59,298 bases of DNA from Gemmatimonadota bacterium (GCA_039588275.1 JBDHAC010000019.1:1-59298), one strand, 5' to 3'. Shown: positions 1 through 9,330, counted from the first letter of the stretch. Numbers and translations are program-made. The notes: generated by a model from the sequence alone, not told the origin.

Positions 1-207
1 GTCGGTGCGACCCATGTGGAAATGGCCGAGATTCTTTCCGCGCACGGCGTGGAGAGCGCCATGGGCTTTGATCCCGGGGGAAGCAGCACACTCGTGGTCG
101 GGGATCAAACGTTGAACATCAGTCCGTACAACGGGGACTACGAACGAAACGTGTACTCCATGCCTCCCGAGCCCCGAGCCGTCTCCAATGCGGTCATCGG
201 CTTCTGA
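1..207 (+). CDS. C-terminus of a phosphodiester glycosidase (NAGPA/DUF2233-like) protein, truncated by the window edge
   Basis: Frame open from base 1. AMGFDPGGSSTLVV...RAVSNAV resembles the family's AxNLDGGGSS...RxVxNA C-terminal motifs. Confidence 0.65.
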   Translation, partial: VGATHVEMAEILSAHGVESAMGFDPGGSSTLVVGDQTLNISPYNGDYERNVYSMPPEPRAVSNAVIGF

Positions 208-360
208 GATGCGTTGGCGCATGGCTCTGGGCTTGGCCACATGATGGTGATGATATGCCACCGAACCTCGACGACCAGAGACGAGGCGTCTCGACTCCTC
301 GGAGCCGGCGTGGGATTATGAGAACGCTTCTTCGCCCTCCGAGTCCGGAAGGGGGCCAAC

Positions 361-663
361 GTGGCGCGCCATGATGGCGAGACGTTCGAGGGCGCGATTC
401 TCGACGTGGACGGCGAGGAGTATTACGACTGCATCTTCAGAGAATGCACCTTCAACTATGGCGGTGGTCGGACCCCGGTGATCGTCCATTGCCGGCTCGA
501 CTCGGTCCGCTGGCGTTTTCACGGCGCCGCCGAGCACACGGTCAACACGCTGGCCAACATCCACTCACTGGGCGGCTGGCATCGAAAGAAAGTCGAATCG
601 GTGATCGCGCTGATCCGGGCAGGATTCGACGACAACCAGCCCGGCCTCTACCCCAAACACTGA
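361..663 (+). CDS. Small hypothetical protein (100 aa)
   Basis: GTG start after GAAGGGGG, coding-like composition, pattern DGEEYYDCIFRECTFNYGGG...WRFHGAA. Confidence 0.65.
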   Translation: MARHDGETFEGAILDVDGEEYYDCIFRECTFNYGGGRTPVIVHCRLDSVRWRFHGAAEHTVNTLANIHSLGGWHRKKVESVIALIRAGFDDNQPGLYPKH

Positions 664-794
664 TTGGCCCTAGACAGCTTCTCCGCGCCCATCGCGCTCA
701 ACTAGGGAATAATTCCCACCTGCGGACGCCCGAATCGAGTAAGCCTTCCCGGCTCCAGCGTTCTTCGCTCCGTTTCACGATAGCGGCCCGTATC

Positions 795-808
795 CGTAAC
801 CGATTACA
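795..808. promoter_or_regulatory. Possible LacI/GalR-type operator
   Basis: CGTAACCGATTACA differs from TGNAANCGNTTNCA only at position 1, has ATC/GAT flanks, and lies in an AT-richer intergenic patch. Confidence 0.3.
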
Positions 809-933
809 GATGCACTATATAGCGTGCTCTTGCGCTCGTGGCCTGCCGGTTGCCTCACACAGGTCTGCCCCCGGCGCCGGACTGTGCCGCCGGGTAGCGG
901 TCGGATGGACTTGGGTTGCAGGAGGGGTGGGGC

Positions 934-1740
934 ATGACCGACACCGGCGCTCGCAAGCCTTCTGACGACGCCGCGCTTCTACCCGGAGCGAATCCGTTCC
1001 GCCTCCTTCCCTATCAGAGTGGGCGGTTCCCGTTCGGAGCATCCATCCTGTGGACTTCCCGCAAAAAAAACTGGGTTATCGACGAGCAGGTCGAGTCCCG
1101 GCCCGACATCGTCATCAATCAAAGGGTCTTCGCGGGGATCGAGGAGCTCAGCTCGGCCCACCCGGCCGGGGAAGCTGCCGGAGTCCTCCTCGGGCACCTC
1201 TATGAGTGCCCCTGGACGCGTCGCCGCTGGGTGCACGCCGTGATCACCGACGCGGCAACCCTCCCAGAGGACATGCGTTACGATCACGACGCGGGCACGG
1301 CGGAGGATACGGAGCGGGGCTGGATCATTGACGATGCGCTAGTGGCGGTCCTCCGAGAGCCCGACTGGGTGGGCGGCCTGCCCGTCGGCTGGTTTCGAAC
1401 TCGCGAGGGATCCGGCTGCTCGCTCACGGAGGCCGAAGCCGATCTCCACGCCCGGCACTTCACGGAGCCCTGGCAATTCGGCCTGCTGATTGGCCCCTCG
1501 CTGACGAAGTCGCGCCCTCGCCAGGGTGCGGTCTTCGTTTCAAACGGGAGCGGCGAGCTGATGAAGCGTCATTGGTCCTTTTACGAGCTCTTTGACGGAA
1601 TCACCGAGCTCCCCGCAGGCCCCCTGTGCAGCTGGGTGGCATGGGAAAACTATGCAACCAACAGGCGCACCGTCCCGGTCAAGTCCCCCTCAGCCAAGCG
1701 CCGCCCGATCCGGAGCTTACTGTCCATGACCACCTCCTGA
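934..1740 (+). CDS. JAB/MPN (Mov34)-like protein with degenerate JAMM motif
   Basis: ATG 934 after GGAGGG. GEAAGVLLG ... PVGWFRTREG..SLTEAEADLHARHFTEPWQFGLLI follows the ExxGxLLG / VGWYHSHP..LSxxD..H..F..PWQ pattern, but HxH is replaced by RTR. Confidence 0.65.
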   Translation: MTDTGARKPSDDAALLPGANPFRLLPYQSGRFPFGASILWTSRKKNWVIDEQVESRPDIVINQRVFAGIEELSSAHPAGEAAGVLLGHLYECPWTRRRWVHAVITDAATLPEDMRYDHDAGTAEDTERGWIIDDALVAVLREPDWVGGLPVGWFRTREGSGCSLTEAEADLHARHFTEPWQFGLLIGPSLTKSRPRQGAVFVSNGSGELMKRHWSFYELFDGITELPAGPLCSWVAWENYATNRRTVPVKSPSAKRRPIRSLLSMTTS

Positions 1741-1834
1741 GAGGAGCGCGGGTTCTTCCTTCTGGCGTCGTCCTTCAGGTGGGTGATGCTGGACCTGCCC
1801 CTGACGCATCCATAGAGAGGAAAACCGCCCCAGG

Positions 1835-1857
1835 GCACGGGACAGTTTGTCCCGTGC
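1835..1857. promoter_or_regulatory. Perfect inverted repeat upstream of the cyclase (operator or hairpin)
   Basis: GCACGGGACA-GTT-TGTCCCGTGC, 10-bp arms, no U-tract. Confidence 0.45.
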
Positions 1858-2054
1858 AGTCCAGTTGGCCATGGGACGGTCCGCTCACGTACGTCTGCCG
1901 TGAGTCAACCGTCTCCCACCGCCGGTGTTACCGATAAGTACAGCTTCTCAAGACCGGTAGTAGGCCCACGCTATTGGCTGGCTGTGGCGGCGTGATTAGT
2001 GCCGTCGGGTATCGAGAAGTGATCCCACGTCGGACCCAAGAGGTGGCTTGGCTA

Positions 2055-3743
2055 ATGCTCACCCGGTTGCGCCTCTATTCTGCGCTCGTCATGGGGATCT
2101 TCGTCCTCTCTCACCTATCCAACCTCTCCTTGGCGCTCGTTTCAGGCCGCCTCATGGACTGGGGCATGACCTTCTCGATCGATCCATGGAGAACGGTGCC
2201 TGGAACCGTGCTGCTGGCAGGGGCGTTCGTCGTCCATTCTTCGCTCGCCTTCTGGGCGATCTATAAGCGAAAAACCCTTCGATTAAGGGGTTGGGAAGTC
2301 CCCCAGAACATCCTCGGTTTTCTCATCCCGCTGCTGCTCGTGTATCACTTGATGGGGACCAGGCTCGCGCACGAGTTTTGGGGGACGGCAGGCGACTACA
2401 CCAGTCAGCTTCTCCTTTTTTGGCACCTGGCACCCGTCTGGTGCGCCGGTCAGATCCTGCTACTGCTGGTCGCCTGGGTCCATTGCTATGTAGGCTTTCA
2501 CACTTGGCTCCGGCTACGGCCCTGGTATTCCAAATACAGACCTTTGATCTCCGGTTTCTTCGTGGTCCTACCGACACTCGCATTGGCGGGGTTTGTCTCG
2601 GGTGGGATGCAGATTCGTGCTCTGGTCCAAGAGGAGATCGAGGAGAACCCTGCGGAAGCCGCGGACGGGATTCGGGAGTGGCGTGCGGAGTGGGGCCTGA
2701 CCGAGGAGGTGTACGATTCTGTCGTCCGCTACACGTTCATCGGCATGGCAGGGTATGTGGGTCTGATCGCCCTCGTGTTACTGGGACGCCAGACCCGGCT
2801 CAGCGTGCTGTCGCGCTCGAGGGGTTCGGAAGTCGTCTACAATGGCAAGCTCGTGCTGCGAGTGCTTCCGGGAGATACCCTGCTCGAGGCTCTCCGGGCA
2901 GCAGGGGTTCGACACGCGTCCGTCTGCGGGGGACGTGGACGCTGCTCAACCTGCCGCGTCCGCATCACCCGGGGGCTCGAACTCCTGGAGCCACCCTCGC
3001 GGGCGGAAAGGGAGGTCCTGATGCGGATCTCGGCGCCTCCTGCCGTACGGCTGGCCTGCCAACTCCGCCCTACGGCCGACCTGGCCGCTGCTTCACTCCT
3101 GTCCCCCGCGGTAGGTCCGGAAGCCGCCTTCACGAGTCCGTCGCAAGGTGAAGAGCTGGAGCTCGCGGTCCTGTTTTGCGACCTGCGGCATTTCACTCGG
3201 CTCGCGGAGCGGAAGCTGCCGTACGATGTGGTGTTCGTGCTGAACCGCTACTTCGAGGCCATGGGCGGAGCGGTCCAGGAATCGGGGGGACGCATCGACA
3301 AGTTCATCGGCGATGGCGTGATGGCGTTGTTCGGGATCGGCGGCACGGCGTCAAAGGGATGCACTCAGGCTCTGTCAGCAGCTTATCTCATGGCTAAGAA
3401 ACTGGAGGATCTGAATGCCGCTCTCGCCAACGATCTGGAGCGCCCCCTCGAGGTCGGCATCGGAATCGAGGTGGGTCGAGTCATTGTCGGAGAGATGGGC
3501 TATGGAAGGTCAAAGAGTCTGACAGCGATCGGTGATTGTGTAAACACGGCGAGTCGGTTCCAAGAGTTATGCAAGGAGTTTGATTGTCAGCTGGTCGTTT
3601 CCGTAGAAGCCACCTCCGGCAGCCAGTTTGATCTCTCGGGACTCCCAAGGCGTGAAGTCCGCGTGCGCGGACGATCTGAAACCAGGGAAGTATATACAAT
3701 CGACTCCGCGCTGGACCTACAGTCGATCAGGACTGGCCGTTGA
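2055..3743 (+). CDS. Class III adenylate cyclase with heme-b-type membrane domain and 2Fe-2S ferredoxin (CyaC-like)
   Basis: About 6 TM helices with His residues (SHLSN, VVHSS, YHLMG, WVHC..FH). Ferredoxin CGGRGRCSTC...RLACQ. Cyclase motifs LFCDLRHFT, IDKFIGDGVMA (Lys indicates ATP) and TAIGDCVNTASR. Confidence 0.9.
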   Translation: MLTRLRLYSALVMGIFVLSHLSNLSLALVSGRLMDWGMTFSIDPWRTVPGTVLLAGAFVVHSSLAFWAIYKRKTLRLRGWEVPQNILGFLIPLLLVYHLMGTRLAHEFWGTAGDYTSQLLLFWHLAPVWCAGQILLLLVAWVHCYVGFHTWLRLRPWYSKYRPLISGFFVVLPTLALAGFVSGGMQIRALVQEEIEENPAEAADGIREWRAEWGLTEEVYDSVVRYTFIGMAGYVGLIALVLLGRQTRLSVLSRSRGSEVVYNGKLVLRVLPGDTLLEALRAAGVRHASVCGGRGRCSTCRVRITRGLELLEPPSRAEREVLMRISAPPAVRLACQLRPTADLAAASLLSPAVGPEAAFTSPSQGEELELAVLFCDLRHFTRLAERKLPYDVVFVLNRYFEAMGGAVQESGGRIDKFIGDGVMALFGIGGTASKGCTQALSAAYLMAKKLEDLNAALANDLERPLEVGIGIEVGRVIVGEMGYGRSKSLTAIGDCVNTASRFQELCKEFDCQLVVSVEATSGSQFDLSGLPRREVRVRGRSETREVYTIDSALDLQSIRTGR

Positions 3744-3863
3744 TGAGGAACGACGCTTGGGTGCACCCAAATCCCTGCGCCGGTGTCTGTCCCGGACCCC
3801 ACCGATACGGCTATGCTGAATAGCGGTCTACCGATCCGCGGTCCTGGAGGAGTGTTAGAGCCG

Positions 3864-5120
3864 ATGCCACCGTCCGCCGAGCCCCGCCCCCACACTCGTC
3901 GCCGCTTTCTCGAGCTTGCAGGCTGCGCCGTGGGGCTGGCCGCGACTGCCGGGTGCGCGTCCGCTCGACGACGACCGATCCCGGCGTCGGCGGCAATCGC
4001 GTCCGATGTCGACTCCCGCCGGCGATTCGACCCGTGGATCGAGATCGATCGCGCCGCGTACCGTCAGAACGTGCGGGAGGCTGCGAAGCTCGCCGGCGGC
4101 CGCCCCATCCTGGCGGTTGTGAAGAACAACGCCTACGGGCTGGGTGATCGGGCCGTCGGGCCGCTGCTCGCGAGCTTCCCCGAAGTGGGTGGCATTGCCT
4201 GCGTGCGCGTGGAGGAGGCCCTGGCCATGCGGGAGGCCGGTGTCACCAAGCCGATCGTGGTCATGGCCGAGGAGCCGGAGGACGCGATTGGCGAGATGGT
4301 GCATCACGACATACTGCCGACCGTGTGGTTCGATGATGCCCTACAGCGGCTCGAGCGTGTGGCGCGGCGACTCGGCCGTCCGGTCCCGGTCCAGCTGTTC
4401 ATCGATACGGGGATGAACCGGGAAGGCATGCCCTTCCGGCGCGCTCGCCCGTGGATCGAGGAGCTGTGCTCGAGCCCCTCCGTAGAGGTCGATGGCACCT
4501 ACACCATGTTCACGCACGACCTGGACTTCGACCGCGAGCAGCTCGCCCGCTTCGAGTCGCTGCTGGAGTGGGCGCGCGGCGGCGGGCTCGAGCTCGGAAC
4601 GCTTCACGCATCTCCCACGGTCGAGCTCTTTCACCTGCCCGAAGCGCATTACGACATGGTACGGCCCGGGAACGCCCTGTTCGGCAACTATCCGAGCGGC
4701 GAGGACGTGCGAGATCGCGCCGATCTGCGGCCCGTGTTTCGGCTGCGGACCCGCGTGGTCCGGGTCGAGCGGCTCGAGACCGGCGACAGCGCGGGTTTCT
4801 ATCGTACGTTCGCTCCCGGGCGCCCGACCTGGATCGCTTTGCTCCCGATCGGACGGACCGATGGCTATCCGAGTGCGGCGAACGGCACCTGCGAAGTCCT
4901 GATCAACGGGCGGCTATATCCTGTCAAAGGCGGCGTGAACTCGGCGCACGCGATCATCGAGATCGGCGACGAAAAGAGCGTCTCGGTCGGTGACGTCGCC
5001 ACGCTCGTGGGACCCGATGACCCGTCGATCCTGCCACGCGAGATCGCCCGACGAGCCGGCTTGTCCACCCTGGCGTTGATGCAGGGGATGAACCCGCGGC
5101 TTCCACGTAGCGTGGTGTGA
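3864..5120 (+). CDS. Alanine-racemase-fold PLP enzyme with Tat/lipoprotein signal; atypical active site
   Basis: AVVKNNAYGLG (PLP Lys), IDTGMNREG, MVRPG, GxxDGY. N-terminal RRRFL...ATAGC. Start may be 3813 or 3864 (GGAGGAG upstream of 3864). Confidence 0.85.
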   Translation: MPPSAEPRPHTRRRFLELAGCAVGLAATAGCASARRRPIPASAAIASDVDSRRRFDPWIEIDRAAYRQNVREAAKLAGGRPILAVVKNNAYGLGDRAVGPLLASFPEVGGIACVRVEEALAMREAGVTKPIVVMAEEPEDAIGEMVHHDILPTVWFDDALQRLERVARRLGRPVPVQLFIDTGMNREGMPFRRARPWIEELCSSPSVEVDGTYTMFTHDLDFDREQLARFESLLEWARGGGLELGTLHASPTVELFHLPEAHYDMVRPGNALFGNYPSGEDVRDRADLRPVFRLRTRVVRVERLETGDSAGFYRTFAPGRPTWIALLPIGRTDGYPSAANGTCEVLINGRLYPVKGGVNSAHAIIEIGDEKSVSVGDVATLVGPDDPSILPREIARRAGLSTLALMQGMNPRLPRSVV

Positions 5121-5238
5121 CGCGGGGGTCTATCGACCGGGAATCAGGCCCCATTTAGAGGCCAACAGCACTTGACGTGCAGATTGTGATGGCGGACGAT
5201 CGTGAGCCCGAATATGACCCGCTCTCTCGGAGGCAGCC

Positions 5239-5760
5239 ATGAAGTACGCACCTTTCTTGCTCGTCGCAGTTCCCGTTCTCGCGCTGTCTGGTGTTGCATG
5301 CGTGCCCGCTGAGGACCAGGAGGAACCTGCCGCGGAACAGGTCGCCACGACGGAAGCCGACGTGGAAGCGATCGAGGGCTTGCAGACGACATACCTCGCG
5401 GCACTCGACGGCAGCGACGCGGGGCAATACGCGGCCCTGTTCACCGATGACGGAGTGCTGATGGTGCCGAACGAGCCCCCCGTGAACGGTAGCGATGCGA
5501 TCGACGCGCAGCTTCAAGCCGTCTTCGACCGGACTGATTTCGAGAACCACGACATTTCTACCACCGAGATGGTGGTTCTTGGAGATTGGGCGTTTGCACG
5601 AGGGACGCTCACGGGAACCATGGCCCAGATACCCGATGGTGAGCCGCTCGAGTCTACGAGAAGCTGGGTGATGATCTTTCAGCGACAGCCTGGAGGCTCT
5701 TGGCGTATCGCGAGGTACATTCTGAACTCCGACGACCCGACGCCGGTCACCGACGAGTAG
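5239..5760 (+). CDS. NTF2/SnoaL-like (DUF4440) lipoprotein
   Basis: GGAGG RBS, lipobox GVAC, ALFTDDGVLMVPNEPPVNG...GDWAFARG...RQPGGSWRI. Confidence 0.85.
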   Translation: MKYAPFLLVAVPVLALSGVACVPAEDQEEPAAEQVATTEADVEAIEGLQTTYLAALDGSDAGQYAALFTDDGVLMVPNEPPVNGSDAIDAQLQAVFDRTDFENHDISTTEMVVLGDWAFARGTLTGTMAQIPDGEPLESTRSWVMIFQRQPGGSWRIARYILNSDDPTPVTDE

Positions 5761-6013
5761 CCTCCGCCCGTTGTCGAGAGGAGATCGTAGCGCGAACAGG
5801 TTCCCTTAGGGGAGCGCGGGGTCGCGAGAAACGTCACAGTGACGATCCAGTTCCCCGCTGCAACACGTTTGGGGCACGAGGGTGTGAGCCGTTTCCGCTG
5901 AAGAACATCCTGCCCGAATTACGGGTCCTTCTCGGCAGGTAAGGGCCAAGCTTTGTCCCGGTCTCACACCCTTGGAAGGTGCGCCAACATTTGCCGCCGG
6001 CAGACCCAATCGG

Positions 6014-6436
6014 CTAGCCCATCAGCCGTTCGAATAACGGTACGATAATCGAGATGGCGGCGAGACTGCCCAGAATGGCGATGAACAGCTTGTACCTCGT
6101 CGCGTAGACATCCAGGAGACTCGGATCGTAGTACTCGTCCACGCCGTTGTCTTTGTACATCGCGACCAGGCCGGAGAGGAGCTTCAAGCGGGTATCACGG
6201 CCACCAAGTAATGCCCGGACGGCAAACGAGTTTATGAATAAGGTGGCGGTGATAAGCAGGCCCAGGATCCAGTCGTTTTCTGGAGGGTAACCACCGTCCC
6301 CCGGCTCTGAGGCTACTCCCCAGTTGATCCCCATTACGACGAGGTTGAACAAGACGGCGGTCACGACAAATACGGTGTCCGTCCTCGAACTCTGTTGGAG
6401 TTCGCTTACCACATGCTCGTGAACTTCTCGTAGCAT
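6014..6436 (-). CDS. Hypothetical membrane protein (about 3 TM)
   Basis: GGAGGAAG RBS, three hydrophobic segments. Confidence 0.75.
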   Translation of the reverse strand: MLREVHEHVVSELQQSSRTDTVFVVTAVLFNLVVMGINWGVASEPGDGGYPPENDWILGLLITATLFINSFAVRALLGGRDTRLKLLSGLVAMYKDNGVDEYYDPSLLDVYATRYKLFIAILGSLAAISIIVPLFERLMG

Positions 6437-6495
6437 CTTCTTCCTCCGTTTCTACCTTCGTTCCAGTGTCACGCAACGAAGTAGTGCGCTAGGGG

Positions 6496-7065
6496 CTACC
6501 GGACCGACCTCCGCCGCCAAACCCGCCCCCGCGCCCACGCCAGAGCCAGGCTCGCCACGATCGCCATCAGGCCGGCGAGGGCGTTGAACCCGACGTCGCG
6601 GATGTCGTAGACGCGGTTGGGGAGGAGCCACTGGATGCCCTCGTCGAGCCAGCCCAACAACGCGGTCACGACTACCGTGAGGACAGCCGGGATCGGAACC
6701 CGCCGGCCGTTCCGCACGCGCTCGGCGAGAGCTTGATAGATGAGCACGGCCACCAGGCCGTACTCGAACAGGTGGGTGCGCTCCTCGGGACCGACCTGCA
6801 TCCTCATCAACACCGTCGCGTAGACAGCAATGACGCCGACCGCCACCCAGATCTCGAGCCTCCCGGGACGTCTCATCAACCCACTTCCGGCGATGGCCGC
6901 CACCACCAGGAGAAAACAGAGAAAAAACGTGTCGTCCAGCTGGTTCCGCTCGCGCAGCACCTGGGCCAACGTCCCCGCCAACCCCAGGGTGGAGTAGATG
7001 GCCACCATGACGGCCACCGCCCAGAACCAGAGGCGTCGCTCTCGATCGGAGGTGAAGGTAGACAT
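6496..7065 (-). CDS. VanZ-like family membrane protein
   Basis: Multiple TM helices. EERTHLFEYG and GWLDEGIQWLLPNRVYDIRDVGFN motifs. Start 7065 or 7077. Confidence 0.8.
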   Translation of the reverse strand: MSTFTSDRERRLWFWAVAVMVAIYSTLGLAGTLAQVLRERNQLDDTFFLCFLLVVAAIAGSGLMRRPGRLEIWVAVGVIAVYATVLMRMQVGPEERTHLFEYGLVAVLIYQALAERVRNGRRVPIPAVLTVVVTALLGWLDEGIQWLLPNRVYDIRDVGFNALAGLMAIVASLALAWARGRVWRRRSVR

Positions 7066-7109
7066 GACGGTCACCATAGCGTCGAGCAAAAGAGTTAAGG
7101 CGTCGGGGG

Positions 7110-7126
7110 TGTTGACGCTGTCAACA
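7110..7126. promoter_or_regulatory. TetR operator 1
   Basis: Palindrome TGTTGAC-GCT-GTCAACA in the divergent vanZ-like/tetR spacer. Confidence 0.8.
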
Positions 7127-7143
7127 TACAGTCTACGCTCGAA

Positions 7144-7160
7144 TGTTGACTTTGTCAACA
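7144..7160. promoter_or_regulatory. TetR operator 2
   Basis: Palindrome TGTTGAC-TTT-GTCAACA with the same arms as operator 1, 34 bp downstream. Confidence 0.8.
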
Positions 7161-7180
7161 CTCAGGGCCATGTTGAGAGC

Positions 7181-7798
7181 ATGACCAACCTGGCCAGGGC
7201 CTATCACCACGGGGATCTTCGAGCGGCACTGCTCGACGAAGCCGCCGCCATGATTGCCGAGGGAGGGGCTGCGAGCGTGACGATGCGGGCGCTCGGCCGA
7301 CGCCTCGGCGTGTCGCGCGCCGCGCCCTATCGCCACTTCGCGGACAAGAATGCGCTTCTGGTCGCAGTCGCCGCGGCCGGGTTCGAGCGACTCGGAAAGC
7401 GCCTGCGAACCATCGACGCGGGCGCCCCGCGATCCAGCGTCGAGCGGCTCCGGCGCATGGGTGAGGAGTACGTGCGCTTCGCCGTCGAGAATCCGGCGCA
7501 CTACCGCCTGATGTACGGCAGGGAGGCGCTGACTCGCGAGGACCTGCCCGAGTTAGGAGAGGCCGCGACGGCCATCTTCGAGCAGCTGGTCGACGTGATC
7601 CAGGCCTACCAGCGGGCGGGCGCGATCAAACGGCAGGATCCGCGAGCCCAGGCCTACACGGCCTGGGCGGCGGTGCACGGTCTGGCGTCGCTGGTGATCG
7701 AGGGGCAGATACACTCTACCGACGACATCGATGGCCTGATCCGGCACACCACGCGAACGGTGTTGGACGGGATGCGCGTTCGTCGCCGCGGCGCGTAA
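7181..7798 (+). CDS. TetR/AcrR family regulator with WHG-type C-terminal domain
   Basis: YHHGDLRAALL, HTH TMRALGRRLGVSRAAPYRHFADK, YVRFAVENPAHYRLMY, WAAVHGLASL. Confidence 0.93.
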   Translation: MTNLARAYHHGDLRAALLDEAAAMIAEGGAASVTMRALGRRLGVSRAAPYRHFADKNALLVAVAAAGFERLGKRLRTIDAGAPRSSVERLRRMGEEYVRFAVENPAHYRLMYGREALTREDLPELGEAATAIFEQLVDVIQAYQRAGAIKRQDPRAQAYTAWAAVHGLASLVIEGQIHSTDDIDGLIRHTTRTVLDGMRVRRRGA

Positions 7799-7822
7799 GC
7801 GAGCCGAGGAGCGCTCCGCCTG

Positions 7823-8233
7823 TCAGCCGGCGCTGGCGATGCTCACCTTGAACCCGTCAGGGTCGGTGACCGCGAAGGCCATACCCCCCCAGGGGAGCTC
7901 CTCCGGTTCACTGTCCAGAGTGATGCCGGCTGCCTTCGCGCGCTCCGCGAGGCCGAGAAGGTCCTGTGAGGTCGCGATCCAGGTCCTGAAACCCACCCCT
8001 TTCAGGCGGTCGCGTCCCTTGGCAAAGTCGTCCTGCCCGAGCCCGATCTGAACGGCTCCGGCCTTCAGCTGCACGAACCGGAGTTGCCCATCGGACTCGT
8101 GGTCTTCCTGGACTTCAAAGCCGAGACCCTCTGTGTAGAACTGAACGCTCTTCGAAAGGTCGTTCACTGTGAAGCTGAGTGAGAGGCCGACTGCGTTCAG
8201 GTTCGCGACAGCCGCAGGCTCGGTGCTGGACAT
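7823..8233 (-). CDS. VOC/glyoxalase family protein
   Basis: GGAGGA RBS. VNDLSKSVQFYTEGLGF...PWGGMAFAVTDPDG. Confidence 0.88.
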   Translation of the reverse strand: MSSTEPAAVANLNAVGLSLSFTVNDLSKSVQFYTEGLGFEVQEDHESDGQLRFVQLKAGAVQIGLGQDDFAKGRDRLKGVGFRTWIATSQDLLGLAERAKAAGITLDSEPEELPWGGMAFAVTDPDGFKVSIASAG

Positions 8234-8424
8234 GAAATCCTCCATGGTTGAGTGCCAGAAGTCGGCAAGATACAGAAGAAGCCCTCCCCCGCATATCGTG
8301 CGAAGAAGAGCCTCTGGCTCCCGTTCGTACGCTCCACGCTGGGGGCGAACGCGCATCCCGGAGTTGTCTTCGGCGCCGATACCCACCCCGGTCATGCATC
8401 GGGGCTCGAGCACTGCGGATTCTC

Positions 8425-9330
8425 TCAGGCCTTGATCCTCTCCCTCAAGAAGACAGCGAGCTCCTCGATGGACTGGCGAGACTCCGGTACGTACCGCGCA
8501 GCGCTCTGGAATACATGCCACATGCCGGGCCAGATCTTGAAGCTCACCTCCACTCCGTCTTGGATGGCCCGGCTTGCTAGCCGTTCGGCGTGACTGAGGA
8601 AGATCTCGTGGTCACCAACCTGGATCCATAGGGGCGGAAGCCCTTCCAGGTCCATTTCCGCGGGGCGAAGGAGCGGACTGTCGGCGTGGCTCCCGACATA
8701 CAAGGACGAAGTATGCCGGCATTGCGTCGGGCTGACCAGCGGATCCAACGCGGCCCGCGTGACAAAGGAATCCCCTCCAGATACGACCCAATCCGTCACG
8801 GGCGACATGAAGAAGCCGGCACATGGCAGCGGGGCGCCCTCATCCCTCAGAGAGAGCAGCACCTGGAGCGCCAGGCCCGCTCCAGACGAATCCCCGCCAA
8901 TGATCAACTGAGGAGGCGTGTAGCCCCTTGCCAGGAGCCAACGATACGCGGTCTTGGCATCGTCCAAAGCGGCGGGAAAAGGGAACTCGGGAGCAAGCCG
9001 ATAACCCAAACAAAGGACTCTAGCCCCCCCAGCGCTCGAGATACGGGCGGCCAATTCCCGGTGCGTCGCCGGCGAGCACATGACGAACCCACCGCCATGG
9101 AGGTAGAGGATGGCTGCGCCGGTTCCGGAGCCGGGTCCAAGCACCCATTCCGCCGGAAGGTCACTCACTGATACCGGTGAGACTCTCGTCCCTTTCGGCG
9201 GACGCTGGCTGCGAGCGATCAAGTCTTCCAACTTCCGCAATTCCGCGATCGAGAGCCCGGCCTTACGAAATCTCCGCCCGATCGAGTGCTTGAGCATGAT
9301 GCGAATCAGGCGTGCTCGGCGGGTAGGCAT
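8425..9330 (-). CDS. Alpha/beta hydrolase, HSL-family esterase
   Basis: YLHGGG, YRLAPE, GDSSG nucleophile, GMWHVFQ. Confidence 0.92.
   Translation of the reverse strand: MPTRRARLIRIMLKHSIGRRFRKAGLSIAELRKLEDLIARSQRPPKGTRVSPVSVSDLPAEWVLGPGSGTGAAILYLHGGGFVMCSPATHRELAARISSAGGARVLCLGYRLAPEFPFPAALDDAKTAYRWLLARGYTPPQLIIGGDSSGAGLALQVLLSLRDEGAPLPCAGFFMSPVTDWVVSGGDSFVTRAALDPLVSPTQCRHTSSLYVGSHADSPLLRPAEMDLEGLPPLWIQVGDHEIFLSHAERLASRAIQDGVEVSFKIWPGMWHVFQSAARYVPESRQSIEELAVFLRERIKA

Noticed and set aside
1063..1070. A8 run as a phase-variation or frameshift site
   Set aside because: The frame is intact (RKKN) and no meaningful alternative-frame product is visible.
934..3743. Pycsar/CBASS-type defence system (JAB plus cyclase)
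   Set aside because: The JAB is inactive, there is no E1/E2 or effector, and the cyclase has an ATP-specifying Lys and CyaC sensor architecture.
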